A stretch of 64,000 nucleotides of DNA, taken from contig CM068762.1 of assembly GCA_035084275.1 (NCBI GenBank), positions 9,920,001 through 9,984,000 on the forward strand, written 5' to 3'. Position 1 is the stretch's first letter. Every line of letters starts with the position of its first letter. Origin of the DNA: Hydrolagus colliei. Lineage: Eukaryota. Both the position numbers and the translations under genes were made by a program. Under the pieces are notes generated by a model. It was not told the DNA's origin, searched no databases, and saw only the letters and a list, made by a program, of their open reading frames with translations. Below are positions 27,379-40,705 of this stretch, one piece after another.

Positions 27379-27759
27379 CAAGGGTTATTATTCTTTATTT
27401 TATAGGCCATGTCATGATCTGTAACTTCTTCCGATATCCTTCCAGGAAGAATTTGGAAACTCTGATTGCTTTCCTTCTATTTTATGATCTGTGGATGCTG
27501 ACATTAATTGCGGCTTCTCTCATCACTCGTTTGGCTTGAGAACTGCACAGATCAGGCATAAAACCCATGGTTTCTCTTGGTCTGTTATAGCTTAATACAA
27601 TACCTTAATACAGTGCATTGTGCATATATACCCACTGAGTCGTCGGATACTATCGGTGAAAACATTTGGGATTAAGAATAGGTCAGAAATTAAGACACTG
27701 AAATTTAAAACTGAGGAGCTCAGACACAATTAGACACAAGATACGGCTCTTTGGTCTTG

Positions 27760-28080
27760 AGAGGAAATGCTTCCGTATGGACCATGCAGAAGTATATAAC
27801 ATTGTAGATAGGTTTGAGAAACTAAGCCTAGAACAATACTTTCAGATGCCAATAAAACCAGGAGAAGAGGAGGGCATAGGTTGAGAATCAACGCTAAGGA
27901 AACGTTAGGACAGACCCAAGAATGTATTCCTTACCCAGAGGTTAATTAAGGTGTCAGACGAGTTAATATGAGAAGTTGTTGAGGGATGGACTCATTTATA
28001 AAAAAAACAGCTTGAGGCTGTGGCGGAAAGTTGATCGGGTGCTTGTTCTGAAAGGATGAGATCAAATGGGTCCCTTTTCC
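27760..28080 (+). mobile_element. Old CR1 3' fragment
   Basis: Degraded equivalent of 11762-12115 (agaagtatataacattgtagataggtttgagaaa...acccagaggttaattaagg). Confidence 0.5.
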
Positions 28081-29624
28081 CGGGGCTTGTAGCGTAGATA
28101 AAGTAGGGAGCAGACTCCGCAGTCTTGCTCCAGTTTCAATGTCAAAAGCATTTAATTGGGGGAAAAAATATTTGGGTGCTTTTAAGTTTCGATGGCACTA
28201 TTTATAAAGCTGGATAAAATAATAATAATCCCTCCATTTATATAGTGCTTTACACGTCTTATCGATGTCTCAAAGCACTTCACAGAATACAATAACGTTC
28301 CAAGGTTGGGACCAGAGCAGGGAGGGGAGGGATAAGACTAGAGGGATGAAAGGGGGGAGAAGAAGTAGGGACAAGAGCGGGGGAGGGGGTTGGGGGGGTG
28401 GGGGGGTGTTAGGGGTTGTGGTTGGGGGAAAGGAAAGTGGGAAAATTGACTGTATATGTGGGTGTGCATCTGTGAAGGATTTATTTATGGCTGCTGAGTC
28501 ATTGTGAAAAAAAATGTCCGTGCTATCGTTTCTATAACGGGCGTGCATCTGTGAAGAGCATCATTGGTAAATAAGATGCCCGCATTACGTGCCTTTTCCC
28601 TCATCCCACCCCACCCCCATTTTTCCCCACTCCACCCCTCCCACACCCCATCTTCAAAGGCAAAACAGGGTGACATTAAAACACATTGTTGCCGTTGGCA
28701 TCCACCCAAGCTGCTTTCAAGGTGTCAGACATCCAGCACACGTCTCCCCAAAAGGCAGACAGAAAGGCGTTAGGGGCTTCCTGTGAATTGCCTTGAGCTA
28801 CACATTTCATGCTAAGTGATCTGAAAAGAGATATGTTATGATAATGTATAATAATAATGCTTGCGTTTGATGTGGCGCTTTTCACGTTTTCTAGACGTCT
28901 CAAAGCGCTTCACAGAATATACTGTGAAGTGAATTGACTGTATGTTTGTGGGCGAAACGCGGCAGCCAATTGTGCGCACAGCAGCGTCCTCCACAAACAG
29001 CCGTGGATTGAAATTACCACTTTATTGTAGTTTTTCCCCCAGACTAATAGCTCCCTGCGCTCTGCAAGAATGGAAAGGGCAACCCCGGCTCTGAAAATTC
29101 TCCACTATCATTCGGAACGTTTCATACAAAAGATTTCTCAAGGTTTATCTTTCCCCAACAACGACCCATGTAATGAGTATATGTGTGGGAGTTTGTATGT
29201 GTGTTTTGGGGGGGGGGGGGGGGGGGTTGGGGGGAGTGTATGTGTGTGGGAGTATATGTGCTTGGGGTGGGGGGTTGGGGGGGAGTGTGCGTATATCCCA
29301 ACCTTGGTTCCTCATGAAAGCCATCAGCAGAGCTGACATTCCCCACGTCTGACTTCTTCAGTTCTACACATTCACTATTCTTTGTCAATGTTCATTCCAT
29401 TGAAAAGTAAGTTTCAATGCGAGCCACTTAACCCTTAGGCCTTTTCCTTCCTCAGTAAGCTGCAGATTGACATGACACAAAAGAAGACTGGAACGTAGAA
29501 TTGTTAACTGGAAGAATTCAATTCCAGCGAGTTCACCATTTTAAGTGTTTCTCTTGTGGTCTGAAAGACATTTCTAAATAATTTTTGAGGCAGGTCCAAG
29601 TAACAGAGATTCGGGTGATGATCT

Positions 29625-29749
29625 TCATTCCGACTACAGAAGTTGCTGGCGAAACTCAGCGGGTCAGGCAGACCTGCTGAGTGTTCCCAGCAACTTCTGT
29701 TTCAGATTTCCAGCATCTGTAGTACTTTGTGGTTTTCTCATTCCGACTA
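29625..29749. mobile_element. ~100-bp hairpin insertion flanked by a 12-bp direct repeat (TCATTCCGACTA)
   Basis: Direct repeat at 29625-29636 and 29738-29749. Inverted arms of 30 bp at 29636-29665 and 29671-29700. Confidence 0.8.
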
Positions 29750-30518
29750 TTTCATCTCATTCCCTCCATAACGCCTACCTACCTTCAATTTATCAGCCTA
29801 GCAAGAGCATCCTTCCTGGTAACCTATTGCAGTCTACAATTACACTAAGAAATACTTCCCGGTTTCCGTCCGGATATTGTCCGTGGCAAACCTTGCACCT
29901 GTGCCCTCTTGTACCTCAGCCTCAGTGATTATGGTGCCACTCTGTGAGGAGCTCAGGATATATGAGGCATTGACATGTATTTTTTTTGTGAATACAGACC
30001 GTTCTGGAGTGCAATGTGGCCAGACACCTTGCACCACACTCTTGAAATCATGAACAATCTACGTTGCTCCCACCCTGTTAGCCGCCTCACCCCACTTCCT
30101 AGCACACAACAATGATGCTTCAACTCCACAGCCCATTTAAGAAGCGACACAAACCAACATCATTATGACCTCTCTCATTCTTTCCCAGGCATAGATAGGC
30201 AGCAGACTTTTGAAGCCGTTTTCCTGAAGTACTGCATGTTGGTCGCAATAAGATGAATGTGTTATTCTGAAGGAAAATGGATAAGAGGAAATTGAATATT
30301 GTAAAACGGGGTTATAAAGAATGCCCTTATCTAATTGCTTCTGGTGGAGGCAAATTGGTTTCTATTCCACAGTAAACATTACTTTAAAACTGTTTATAGA
30401 AATGAAGTTTATGTGTTCGAGGCAATAATTTTTCGTTCTCGAAATTTACTTGCTTTCATTAAGTTTTCAGAAGGAAACAATAACAGGTTACACCACACAG
30501 TCTGTACCACTGCCACTG

Positions 30519-30900
30519 ATAATAATTCTTGCATTTGCTATTCGGTGAATAATATCTCAAAGCGCTTCACGGGGAATTGCTTTGAAAGTAGTTCCTGGTG
30601 AATTTGTAGGCGAACATGACAGTCAATTTGTGCACTGCAAACAGCCATAAGGTGAATGCCCAATTTTATTTGGAGGATTGTCGGCCAGACCACCGGAATA
30701 AACTCCTTTCAAATAGTCCCAATGGGATATTTAATGTCTACCTGATTTGGCAGATTGGACGTTGGTTTGATATCTCATTTGAAGAATGCTACCTTCCACA
30801 ACACAGAACCTTGCATTGCACTGTAGTGTACTGTCAATGTCAACTGAGTTTAATGTCTCCTCCATGGGGCTACAACCCACTACCAACTGAGCAGCGCTGA
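30519..30900 (-). mobile_element. Older Deu-type SINE (family B)
   Basis: aaatagtcccaatgggatatttaatgtctacctga...tttgatatctcatttgaag is the reverse core; degraded tRNA head. Confidence 0.65.
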
Positions 30901-31467
30901 CACCTTTTAGGAAACTGAACCAAACACAGCCAGGAGATCCTATTTCAAAGTTAGGTCTGTGCACAGTTCTCTGTTCTCAGCTGAAGAAGCGTGCTTTTGC
31001 AGGACATCGCATCGAATACTTTAATTTTGATCAAAATTTGCCTTTTTTGCAAGGCGTAACGCAGCAAAATACAATCTGTGATCACCCTCGGATTCAACAA
31101 CAACAATTAGCATCTATATAGCACCGTTTGTGCAGATTAGCATCTCAGAACACTGTAGAATATTCAACATTTTAATGCTTGAGGGGACAGAGGTAGAATA
31201 CTTAACGTTTGCCCTTTGGGAAAAACCCAGGTAATACTGAACTCACTTAGCTTATTTGTTTATATTCATTAAACAACAATAACTTGTTGAGGTGTATGAT
31301 TAAGGCCCTTGGGGACAATACTGTTGGCATTAAACAATGTTGTTTAATCTAGACCTCTGCTGTACATGGTATAAGAACAGCAAGAAATTAATTATAACAA
31401 CGGCCAAATAAGAAGTCAGTGTCTCAACAGGATGAATGTCAAGACACACTCACCATAAATAGTAATT

Positions 31468-31849
31468 ATAATAATAATCCTTGCATTTGATATGGAGCTT
31501 TATTATATTTCAAAGCACTTCACAGAATATAATAATTCTTATGTTTGATATAATACCTTATCGTGCCTTTGAGACGTCTCAAAGTGCGTTACAGAATTTA
31601 CTATGAAGTGAATTGACTGTATATTTTGTGGGTGAAACGCAGCAGCCGATTGCGCACAGCAGTGTGCCACAAACAGTCGTGGATTGAAGTGATCAATTTA
31701 TTATCATTATGTTTTTTTGAAGGAATTATTTCCCCACAGAAAAGTGATCCACCAATCAACTAACAACTGGTTTCCTACTTACTGCTAGGTAAACAGATGT
31801 TTTGCCCCGCCGGGAATCGAACCTATGTCCTCTCACTTGCGAGGCGAGT
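31468..31849 (-). mobile_element. SINE family A, rearranged, with duplicated tail
   Basis: Two tails, core, a short insertion, and a truncated head. Confidence 0.8.
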
Positions 31850-31854
31850 ACAGT

Positions 31855-32165
31855 ACAGGGGAGCAAAGCAAACAAAGGTTGTTTTGGAGTGCATGAGCGC
31901 AAATGCACAGATCATAACAATTCAGGTGAGTGAGCTGTACACACAAGTTGCCACATAGAATTATGATATAATGGCAATAACAGGAACCTGGCTCAAACAA
32001 GAGCAGGAACAGGAGCTTAACGTTCCCAGCTACAATATATTCAGAATGAATAAAGGATGGGGTGGGGGGAGCAATATTGATCAAAGATAATTGTTGCCGC
32101 CCTGAGAAGGGATGATGAGCTTGTGGGTTCAAAGACAGAATCTATTTGGTTCGATTTAAGAGCAC
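31855..32165 (+). mobile_element. CR1 LINE fragment (AP-endonuclease region)
   Basis: Degenerate translation ...YDIMAITGTWLKQEQEQELNVPSYNIFR...GGAILIKD...ESIWFDL resembles the APE N-terminus (canonical AITETWL). Confidence 0.75.
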
Positions 32166-33650
32166 AAGCAGAAGCTGGTACTCTCCCCTTAGATAAGATT
32201 ACGCTTCCATTAGACAAAATAAGAAATCACGAGAAAATCAATTGGGATCAAAGGGGGCAATCCGTTCATTAAAAATATCACTCACATCATCAGCCATTTT
32301 TTAAATCAAGAAATTAGATTATTGAGCAAAATTGAGGCGTTGTTTTGAAAGGGTCAGGTTGACATTTCTGGCGCAATTTATGGTTTTGAGTATACGTATA
32401 AGGCCCTGATAGCTACACTTCCACCCTGGTATCATAGTGAGTTAGAAGTTCAGATTACTTTCACAGCTTCAGTCTTGTTGCATTCAATTTTACTAGACTG
32501 TCAAGGATCTTTTACATAGCCCAGAGCACTGCAACGGATTTCACAGACAAGCCCACAATAAGTATCTGTATAATTTCCATCCTAGGTTGCATTAAGCACC
32601 CTGCACAGTATCTGATTTGACAATGCAACAAAAAAAATATAAGCTGCAGATGGGATTGAGGCCAAATACTTCTGTGCAAATAATTCTCAGATATCTCGTG
32701 TTCCCACATGTTTATCATGTACAAGCGAATTGAATTCGAGGTTGATAGATGGATTTGATTTCTGTTTTTTTTTAGTCAAATGGAGTTGGGCAGCGCCTGT
32801 TGAATTTTAAGAATAAAAGGCATCTGATGGCAGAAACAAATAGTTTTGCTTATTTAACAGGCGAACGTGCTTCTTTTTATGGAGTATCGGAAAAGCTAGT
32901 TCATGTGTTCTGTTCGATGAAAACTTTCTGACCCAAATCTATATTGGTCTCTGAACAAATTCCCTCTTGTAACAGTATAAACATATGCCAATGTCCTCAA
33001 TGGCAGCTTCTCCTGTGCACAATTGTAGAATTCTAATTATGTGCAGTGATGAGGAGGAGTGAAATTCACCCACCAAAACACACAGTCACTACACTTTACA
33101 ATATATTCTGTGAAATGCAATTTGAGACACGATAAGGTGCTGTATCAAATGCAAGGGTCATTTTTATTATTATCATTATTATTAATGCCATATGTGGAAT
33201 TTCAGTGAGAGTAATTTGCAATAAATCTGCACTAATTTTGTGGCAAACGTGTATGTCGCTCGTACGACTAGTGTGTGGAATGTGGTATTCAAATAGAAGA
33301 GAGGAGCACGATGATGACTCTGTGATTGTCATTCAGTTCCAGAGTTCCCTGAAATCCCCTTGTAAACTATTGTAAGACGGAGAAGGTCTTGAAGTTATCA
33401 TATCAGAACTGATAAAGATCACACAGTGCATACGGCGGAATGGATCTTTATAGGGGAATGAGTTAGCCCATTGTAACCTTTAGAGATCTAGATTTGAATC
33501 TAGTGCGAGAAATTGAATGGAATCAAATCCCTTCTTTCAACTGATTTACAATGATCAAAGTTAAGATGAATTGACAAGTTTCACACTTGTCTGATAGAGG
33601 TCCAAGAGTGAATTTATGGCACATGGCTGCTCGCAAGTTCAGATTATTTA

Positions 33651-33963
33651 TGGAGCTCCTGTAGCTCAGTGGTTAGAGCACTCGCCTTACAAGAGTGAGA
33701 CCTGCGTTCGAATCCAGGCAGGTCAGAGTGAAACCTTTGGCGAGTTTCCGTACTCCACAAACCTAATGATCCCTCCCCCCAAAAATGGTCATTTCAATTC
33801 ACGACTGTTGGTGAGACACTGCTGTGTGCAATTGGCTGATGCATTTCGCCCACAAATATACAGTCAATTCACTTTACAGTACATTCTGTGAAGCGCTTTG
33901 AGACACAGTCCAGAAGATGTGAAAAACGCGAAATCAAAATACAAGAATTATTATTATTATTAT
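33651..33963 (+). mobile_element. SINE family A, full length
   Basis: Consensus match. Confidence 0.9.
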
Positions 33964-34764
33964 CCCTCTGGTGCTACCAAAGCAATTGATGGAGAAATCT
34001 GACTCGAGAGATGGTGTGAGTATGTTTAGCAGTCAGCGTTCAGCAGCCTAAGTAGATTCTCAAAAAGGTTCAAACTGAGCTTTGAACATTACAGTTGTAC
34101 AGCGCCTTTCACATCAGGAGGACATCCCGAGGCGTTGGAACACAGCGACTAGTTCAAGTAACTGAGCAACTCATCTACAAGGAGCAGTCTTTGTTTTTAA
34201 GAAAAAGGAGACTATTCATAAATTATCCAGCTAAAGTGATGAAATATTCATGATTTGGCCAATATGCAGATGTGTCTGCTCCTCCAAAGCAAATCTATGT
34301 GTGCACTAGCGACCTGAAAATAATCCTCTTTAAGCTTTGTGTGAGCCAATGCACTTCACAGTGGTATGTCAGGCTCGCTTTGACCATTTGGATTCCGCTA
34401 ACAATCCAGGTGTTATCACAAGTAAAAGCAAGAGACATTGTGCCGAATTTAGTCGAGGAAGGGTATGCTGTACCTTACAATCTTTGCTGCTTTTATGTAA
34501 TGGAACCTGATCACAGCTAATGTCAGAACATCCCATTGCTTTCCCTTTCATACCTTGCCTACACAGAGGTTTGGCTTTGATTTTCATGCCAAGTTATCAT
34601 CTGTCAATCAGTGACTGAACCACGGGGAAGCTGGGAGTACTATCCTCTGTTTACACTGTACGTCTGTGAAATGCACATTTTAAATCAGGTCAGAAATATC
34701 GTGAGCGTACTTTCAACAGGAATCAATTTGCAACAACCAAATTTGCCCCTCCTTGTTAGATGTT

Positions 34765-35025
34765 TGATCTTCTAGATGTCTCAAAGTGCTTCACAGAATA
34801 TACAGTAAAGTGAATTGACTGTATATGTGTGGGCAAAACAGGGCAGCTAATTGCACACAGCAGTGTCCCACAAACAGTCGTGAATTTAAGTGACCAATTG
34901 TTTGGAGCAATTATTATCAGGCATGTGGAGGATGGAAACTTGCCCAAGGTATCATTCTGCTTGGAATCGAACCCAAGTCTCTCACTTGTAAGGCGAATGC
35001 TCTGACCGTTGAACTTCAGGACTCC
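34765..35025 (-). mobile_element. SINE family A, lacking the extreme tail
   Basis: Consensus match. Confidence 0.88.
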
Positions 35026-35543
35026 ATAAAATAACTGTTATTATTGTACACACAGTCCCTGCACTTCGCAAATCAATCCTGTGCAGCCAGTTGAAATGTT
35101 TTGTTATGTTGAGGCACTATATTAAATGCAAGGAAATGTCTTTTAGGACAACATAATACATTGCATTTATATAGTGCCTCTCGCACAGGTTAGTGTCCCA
35201 GAGCGCTTGACAGTGGTAGAATACAAGCCTGAGCCAAGAGAAGAGGGAGGTGATTGGACGTCGTGTTTGAGTTATCAGAGCAGCAACTAGCGGACTATAA
35301 GTGGCTTTTCAACACTCCTCATGACTTCTCCTCCACATTCAAACTATGCAGCGTGTCTGTGGTCGGTAACCAAAGCAACACTTCAGAATCGGATTGAAAG
35401 TGAAGTGTTTGCCTTTGTAGATGCATATTTAGCAGTCCTCCAGACCACACACTTACCACAGCATGAACTAACAGAGCTTGTAAATGTATGAATGTGAAAA
35501 TGTGAATTTCCTCCCAACATGAAAGGCCTATACAAATGTAATT

Positions 35544-35573
35544 TTGTTGTTGTTGTTGTTGTTGTTGTTGTTA
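35544..35573. repeat. (TTG)n microsatellite, tail of an L2 stub
   Basis: Follows gaaaggcctatacaaatgtaatt. Confidence 0.9.
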
Positions 35574-35619
35574 TAAATTAGGCAAGTGTGGGGTGGGTGG
35601 GAATTAGGATTATATCCCA

Positions 35620-36020
35620 GAAGGTTGTGGGAGTCTGAGAAGGTTAAAGCCCCTCTTTTGGACTTTGATCTCCTCGTCTAGGCTGACCCTCTAGGCTAGT
35701 AGAAGTGTTTCCTTGACAGAGGTGCTGTCCTGCAGATGGGTTGTGAAACCAAGGTCTAACCCTTGCCTGTTCAACATAGGTTAAGGATCCCACGGCACCA
35801 CTTGGGAAGGGAAGGGAGTTTCTCCCGGTGTCCAGAATAACAATCTCCTAAATAAAATCAGCCATTCGCTGTGTGACTGTTTATGGGACGTTGCTGGTAT
35901 GCAAACTCCCTGCTGCATTCACCTGCAAATACACAGTACAGTCAATGCACTTTACAGTAAACTGTGGTGTAGCTGTGGGACATCCACCTGATGTGAAAGT
36001 CACCATATCGATTGAAAGGA
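35620..36020 (+). mobile_element. Older Deu-type SINE (family B), near full length
   Basis: cagaaggttgtgg head remnant, then aggatcccacggcacc...gggagtttctcccggtgtcc...tgggacgttgctg core, then L2-like tail. Confidence 0.7.
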
Positions 36021-37885
36021 TTGTGAAAATCATTAATAGATTGTTTATGGTGTGTTACTTTCCCGAGTTGATTCCTCCCTCATTATCTTTTATCTCCGCT
36101 GTCTAATTTCCAGCTCTTGTTCACGGCTCCTGCGATATACAGTACAGTATTGGTAATTTGTGTTCACTGGTTTGGGTACAGCACTGCGTTCGACTTAAAG
36201 ATCTCCCTTGCATTGGTAATGAAGCTTGGCTGTTTTTTGCTTGGGATTCTTGGTGGGGAAGACAAGAGAGAAACTGGGAGAAGAGCGAATATAGCTTAGG
36301 TTGCCATAGAGATAATTTACAGCGTGTAAGTAAACCCTTAAGCTCAACAGATGAAGCTTACATGTAACCTGGGAAGAGGAACAAATCACATTTTAGGTAC
36401 AATATTTGCACCTGTTGGTAATTAATCAGCTCTCTGCCTAATCAGCGACGTTCTATGTTGAACTCCTTGGTCCAAAATACAATATCTTCCAAGCGTAGGT
36501 TTTTATTCAAAGGAAAATGTGTACGCCTAAATATTGTACTGACTGGACAACATCAAGCGTTTCAATAGTACAATCCAATTTGCTCATTGTACCCTAACCT
36601 TGTGTTTAAATTACAATAACAGCACCTTGCATTGACATCACACACCAAGACAGTGTTTCAGAAGCATTTCATATAGTGCTATTTTAACTATCAAAATGAC
36701 CTCAAAACACTTCACTTCACATTCTTATGGAGTGGCTGTACTGTGCACGTGCAGGAAAAAGTATTGCCTTTGGCACTTTATCTAACACTTTCAAGTGAAC
36801 TCAATTCCTTCATCCACTAGTTTAGCTCCTTACTCGTGGAATTACAGTAGATTCACAAGATATGAGCTACTATTTCCCCAATATGCTTACAGTGTCTGTA
36901 CTTTACGGGGAATATTAAAAGCATCCAAGAGAATGCACAATCATCTTTCCTTCTAAAAAAAAGTGAGGCTAACTGGAATATCATTTCCAAATTCTTGTCC
37001 CACTCCTTTGCTAAACAGCAGGTAATATTTACTGCTGTCACATCTCAGGCAGAGTTACAAATACTCATCGAAATCCTATTTTGATCAAATGCTTGTATGA
37101 TTATATTTCAGATGCACCTCATCAAAAACTAAGAGATGAGGCAACTTCCTAAGAAACAAAATTCCTCTTCGATGGAAGAACGCTGTCAAATTTCTCAAAT
37201 GGTTCATTTGAAATCAAAATAGGATTTATGCTGATATCCAGAATCAAATTTTAAGAGATCAGCTCTAATCTGAAGCTTGAACAATAATAATAATCTTTGC
37301 ATTTGATATAACGCTTTTCATGTCTTCTAGACTGTGTCTGAAAGCGCTTCACAGAATATACTGTAAAGTGAATTGACTGTATATTTGTGGGCGAATAAAG
37401 CTAGGTATTTAAAGGTACGGATTGTTTACTGGGAGATAGAATGCTAAGGAGCGTAACCGTAACAGCCATTTACATTTAGAGTGCTTTTGTAAAGGGTCTG
37501 TGGTTGAAAGCATCAGTTGGCAATCAGTATGCAAACATGGTGCTGTAGGCTGGCTATCTGGTTGGTGTCTTTCACGTCTGACTGCCGATAGCATTGAGAA
37601 ATTGACTGGATGAACTTCCAGGAGAGGTTACCATCTTTCTGTTTATTAAAACCTGACAGTAAATACAGGGAATCGGCAAAACATGAAGAAAGAGGTGGAT
37701 TGTCTGTATTGACGACAACAACAACAACAACAAAACTCGCATTTAAACAGCGTCCTTCACGTGGGACGTGCATTCATCCACTTTTGACTGATATTGATGT
37801 CTAAATGTACAAAAAACGGCAACTCATCGAAAATGGTAACGAAATGCAGTGCAAAGACATGCGGAACTGGCTTCTTAATAGGAGA

Positions 37886-38164
37886 NNNNNNNNNNNNNNN
37901 NNNNNNNNNNNNNNNNNNNNNNNNNNNNNNNNNNNNNNNNNNNNNNNNNNNNNNNNNNNNNNNNNNNNNNNNNNNNNNNNNNNNNNNNNNNNNNNNNNNN
38001 NNNNNNNNNNNNNNNNNNNNNNNNNNNNNNNNNNNNNNNNNNNNNNNNNNNNNNNNNNNNNNNNNNNNNNNNNNNNNNNNNNNNNNNNNNNNNNNNNNNN
38101 NNNNNNNNNNNNNNNNNNNNNNNNNNNNNNNNNNNNNNNNNNNNNNNNNNNNNNNNNNNNNNNN
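37886..38164. other. Assembly gap (279 N)
   Basis: Run of n. Confidence 1.
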
Positions 38165-40519
38165 CAGACCATTATAGTGAAAAGACAGTAAGTAATAATG
38201 TCCTGAGAATGTCACAGAATTAAAGGCAGAGGACATTTCCAACAGAGGAAATGTCAAACTCTCCCATCAGGCTCCTTATTTTTAACTCTATGGCAGATAC
38301 AAAGTTATGCAAATTCTAGTCAATCAGTCACAGTACCTCAGCATAATCTCCTTTTGCAAATCTAATCAGCATTCATCTAAAAAAAAGTCAACTTGCCCTG
38401 TTAACTAACTATATTACATTAAAATTCTGGGTATTACTTTGGTGTGAAGTACAGTACTTTGATTTGGCAATTCAGCAATAGACTTGATGTAGCATAAAGC
38501 ACAAACCATGGCTGTAGCACAGTAAACCCAGACCAGACTGTTCCTATGAACCAAGACTTTTTTTTCTATTATCATGAAAGTAGGGGTTCTGAAGTTAAAG
38601 TAAAGTGGTACAAGGTGAGGCAGTGAAGTACATTCCAGGAACAAGTAGGCTTCTATTTGTGGTAAGATCCAGACTTTATGGTTAGAGTGACCTGTATGTA
38701 ATTAAAGGATGATTTCAACTCAAGTCTTTGTCCACATGTTGAATTCCACAATGTATCATTTACAGTCAATATTGGATGATTGTTGCTGCAGTATTAGAGT
38801 CAATTGTGCTTAAAATTAAGTTGCTTCAAAGTGAAGGTGGTAAAAACAATTTGTATAAAAATGCAGCATTTTTCACCACAATATAAGAATAATAAGAATA
38901 ATCCTTGCATTTGATAATAATAATCCTCGCCTCATCACTTCTTTGAGACATCTCAAAGCGCTGGCTTCACAGATTATACCGTAAAGTGAACTCATTGACT
39001 ATGTTTTCTGGGCAAAACATTTTGTCTTGTTCAAAAGAATGGTTAATGGTTCTTTCTCAGACCTCAAATACCCTTGCACACGGGCAAGTGTGAAAATCAG
39101 GCTGAGTTACAAATATTTTGTTTACTTGATTGATTGTCATTGATTGTTATCTGTTCAAAATTAGACTCAGGAAACATTTTAAAAGAGTTGTCATCCTGGA
39201 AAATGTAGATTTTTTCTATTTAACTAAAAATGGCAGGTTCATACAGGCGTCGATATCCAGTTTGTATACTCTTTAACTTCACTTTGAATTTGTTTCTGAA
39301 GATACCTCTAGACTCTTCTATATCTGCACACGATTTCAATGTGTGAAACCATTTTAATGCTTATTCTGCAGCTTGCCAGTGAGGTCAATAGAGTGATTTA
39401 TTTGGCTGCAAAACATTTGTAGAGTTTAACGATAAACTACATCTCTGAACCACTTCACGGAAGAGCAGATAGATAGACATATGGGAAGTTTGCTTCTGAT
39501 ATTGGACATTATTAAATACTCGAGGCTTGTTCGAGAATCTTATATGTAACATTCTAGTGCGTGAAGGAGCAAAGTGCTCCAATTCGTGAAGCCTGTTTGG
39601 ACATTTGTTGTGGATCAGGAACTGTCCACAATTGGAAACAGTTCTGGGGGCAACATTGAAACTGCCAGCCACCAAGCACAGAAACCAGACATAAAATGTG
39701 CAATGAAACTAGACCCATCAGAGGATTTATTGACAGAATTTGAATTCTGCTGCAGTTTCGCATGCTTAGGCGTGTTGGAACCCTCTCAAATAATGAATAC
39801 TACCTGACCAACAGGTAATGTGTCACAGATTGGGATTCTTATTATCAAGTAACAGAAGCTACGACATAATGGAATGCACATTTTTTCTATTTAAATGTGT
39901 ACGCAAATCACTCGGACTTTGATGGAGCAATATAATACTCGTCACCGGTAAAGACACGGTACATTTTCAACAGGTGGCAATACTACGTACCTTAAACTGT
40001 AATATGAGTAACCAATTAACAAATTAATCTAATTGAGAGGAAACTTGATACATTCACGTGGTAAGATGAAATAGAGGTCTATGGGTGAAGGGATCAGGAG
40101 GTATGGTGACTCATTCGCACAAACTATTTGGGTTCAATAGCCAGACTTTGTGCTGTTTTGGCTCCATCTCATCCAGTAATAATTTCCTCAGAGAATTCCT
40201 TAGTATTTTCTAAGGATTTTCGCGTCATAATGAGTAGGTGCACAAAATCAGCAGCATATCTGAAGATTTTTTTTTAATGTATCTCTGAGTGCCAATTCTT
40301 GAATGCATACGTAATGGAAAGGATCATGATAAGCACACTGGTTAAGAGCAAGTGGCAGACTTAGAGACAAGTACTCTTTAAGTATCGCTTTCAAGGAAGA
40401 GAGGACAATGCCATCTTGGGTTGATTGAAACCGTCAGAGAATGTGTTAGAAGATACTGAACTCTTGATCAATTGAATCAGCCTGTTTAAAATGATCAAGG
40501 CTCAGTTGATTAGTTAATT

Positions 40520-40705
40520 CCATCCCGCAATCCCTCCCACAATGCCCAGTTTTAAGTCCCAACTCAAGACCCTCCTCTTCGACTGTGCCATCGATCACCT
40601 CCCTTCCCCCACTTCCCTCCACCCGCTCCGATCCCGACCCGATCCCGACCCCAGCTTGGGTCCAAAACACTGACTGTCCAGCACCTTGGGACATCCTTCC
40701 GAAGT
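40520..40705 (+). mobile_element. L2 LINE 3' fragment
   Basis: NSIPQSL...FKSQLKTLLFD-like end, C-rich 3'UTR and stem-loop. Confidence 0.8.

Noticed and set aside
33651-33725. tRNA genes at SINE heads
   Set aside because: All run on into the SINE body and lack a proper acceptor stem.
37757-38257. ORFs spanning the N gap
   Set aside because: Artefacts of unknown bases.
39385-39807. Cluster of overlapping 70-96 aa ORFs as a nested gene or transposon relic
   Set aside because: No recognisable domain and no convincing splice structure.
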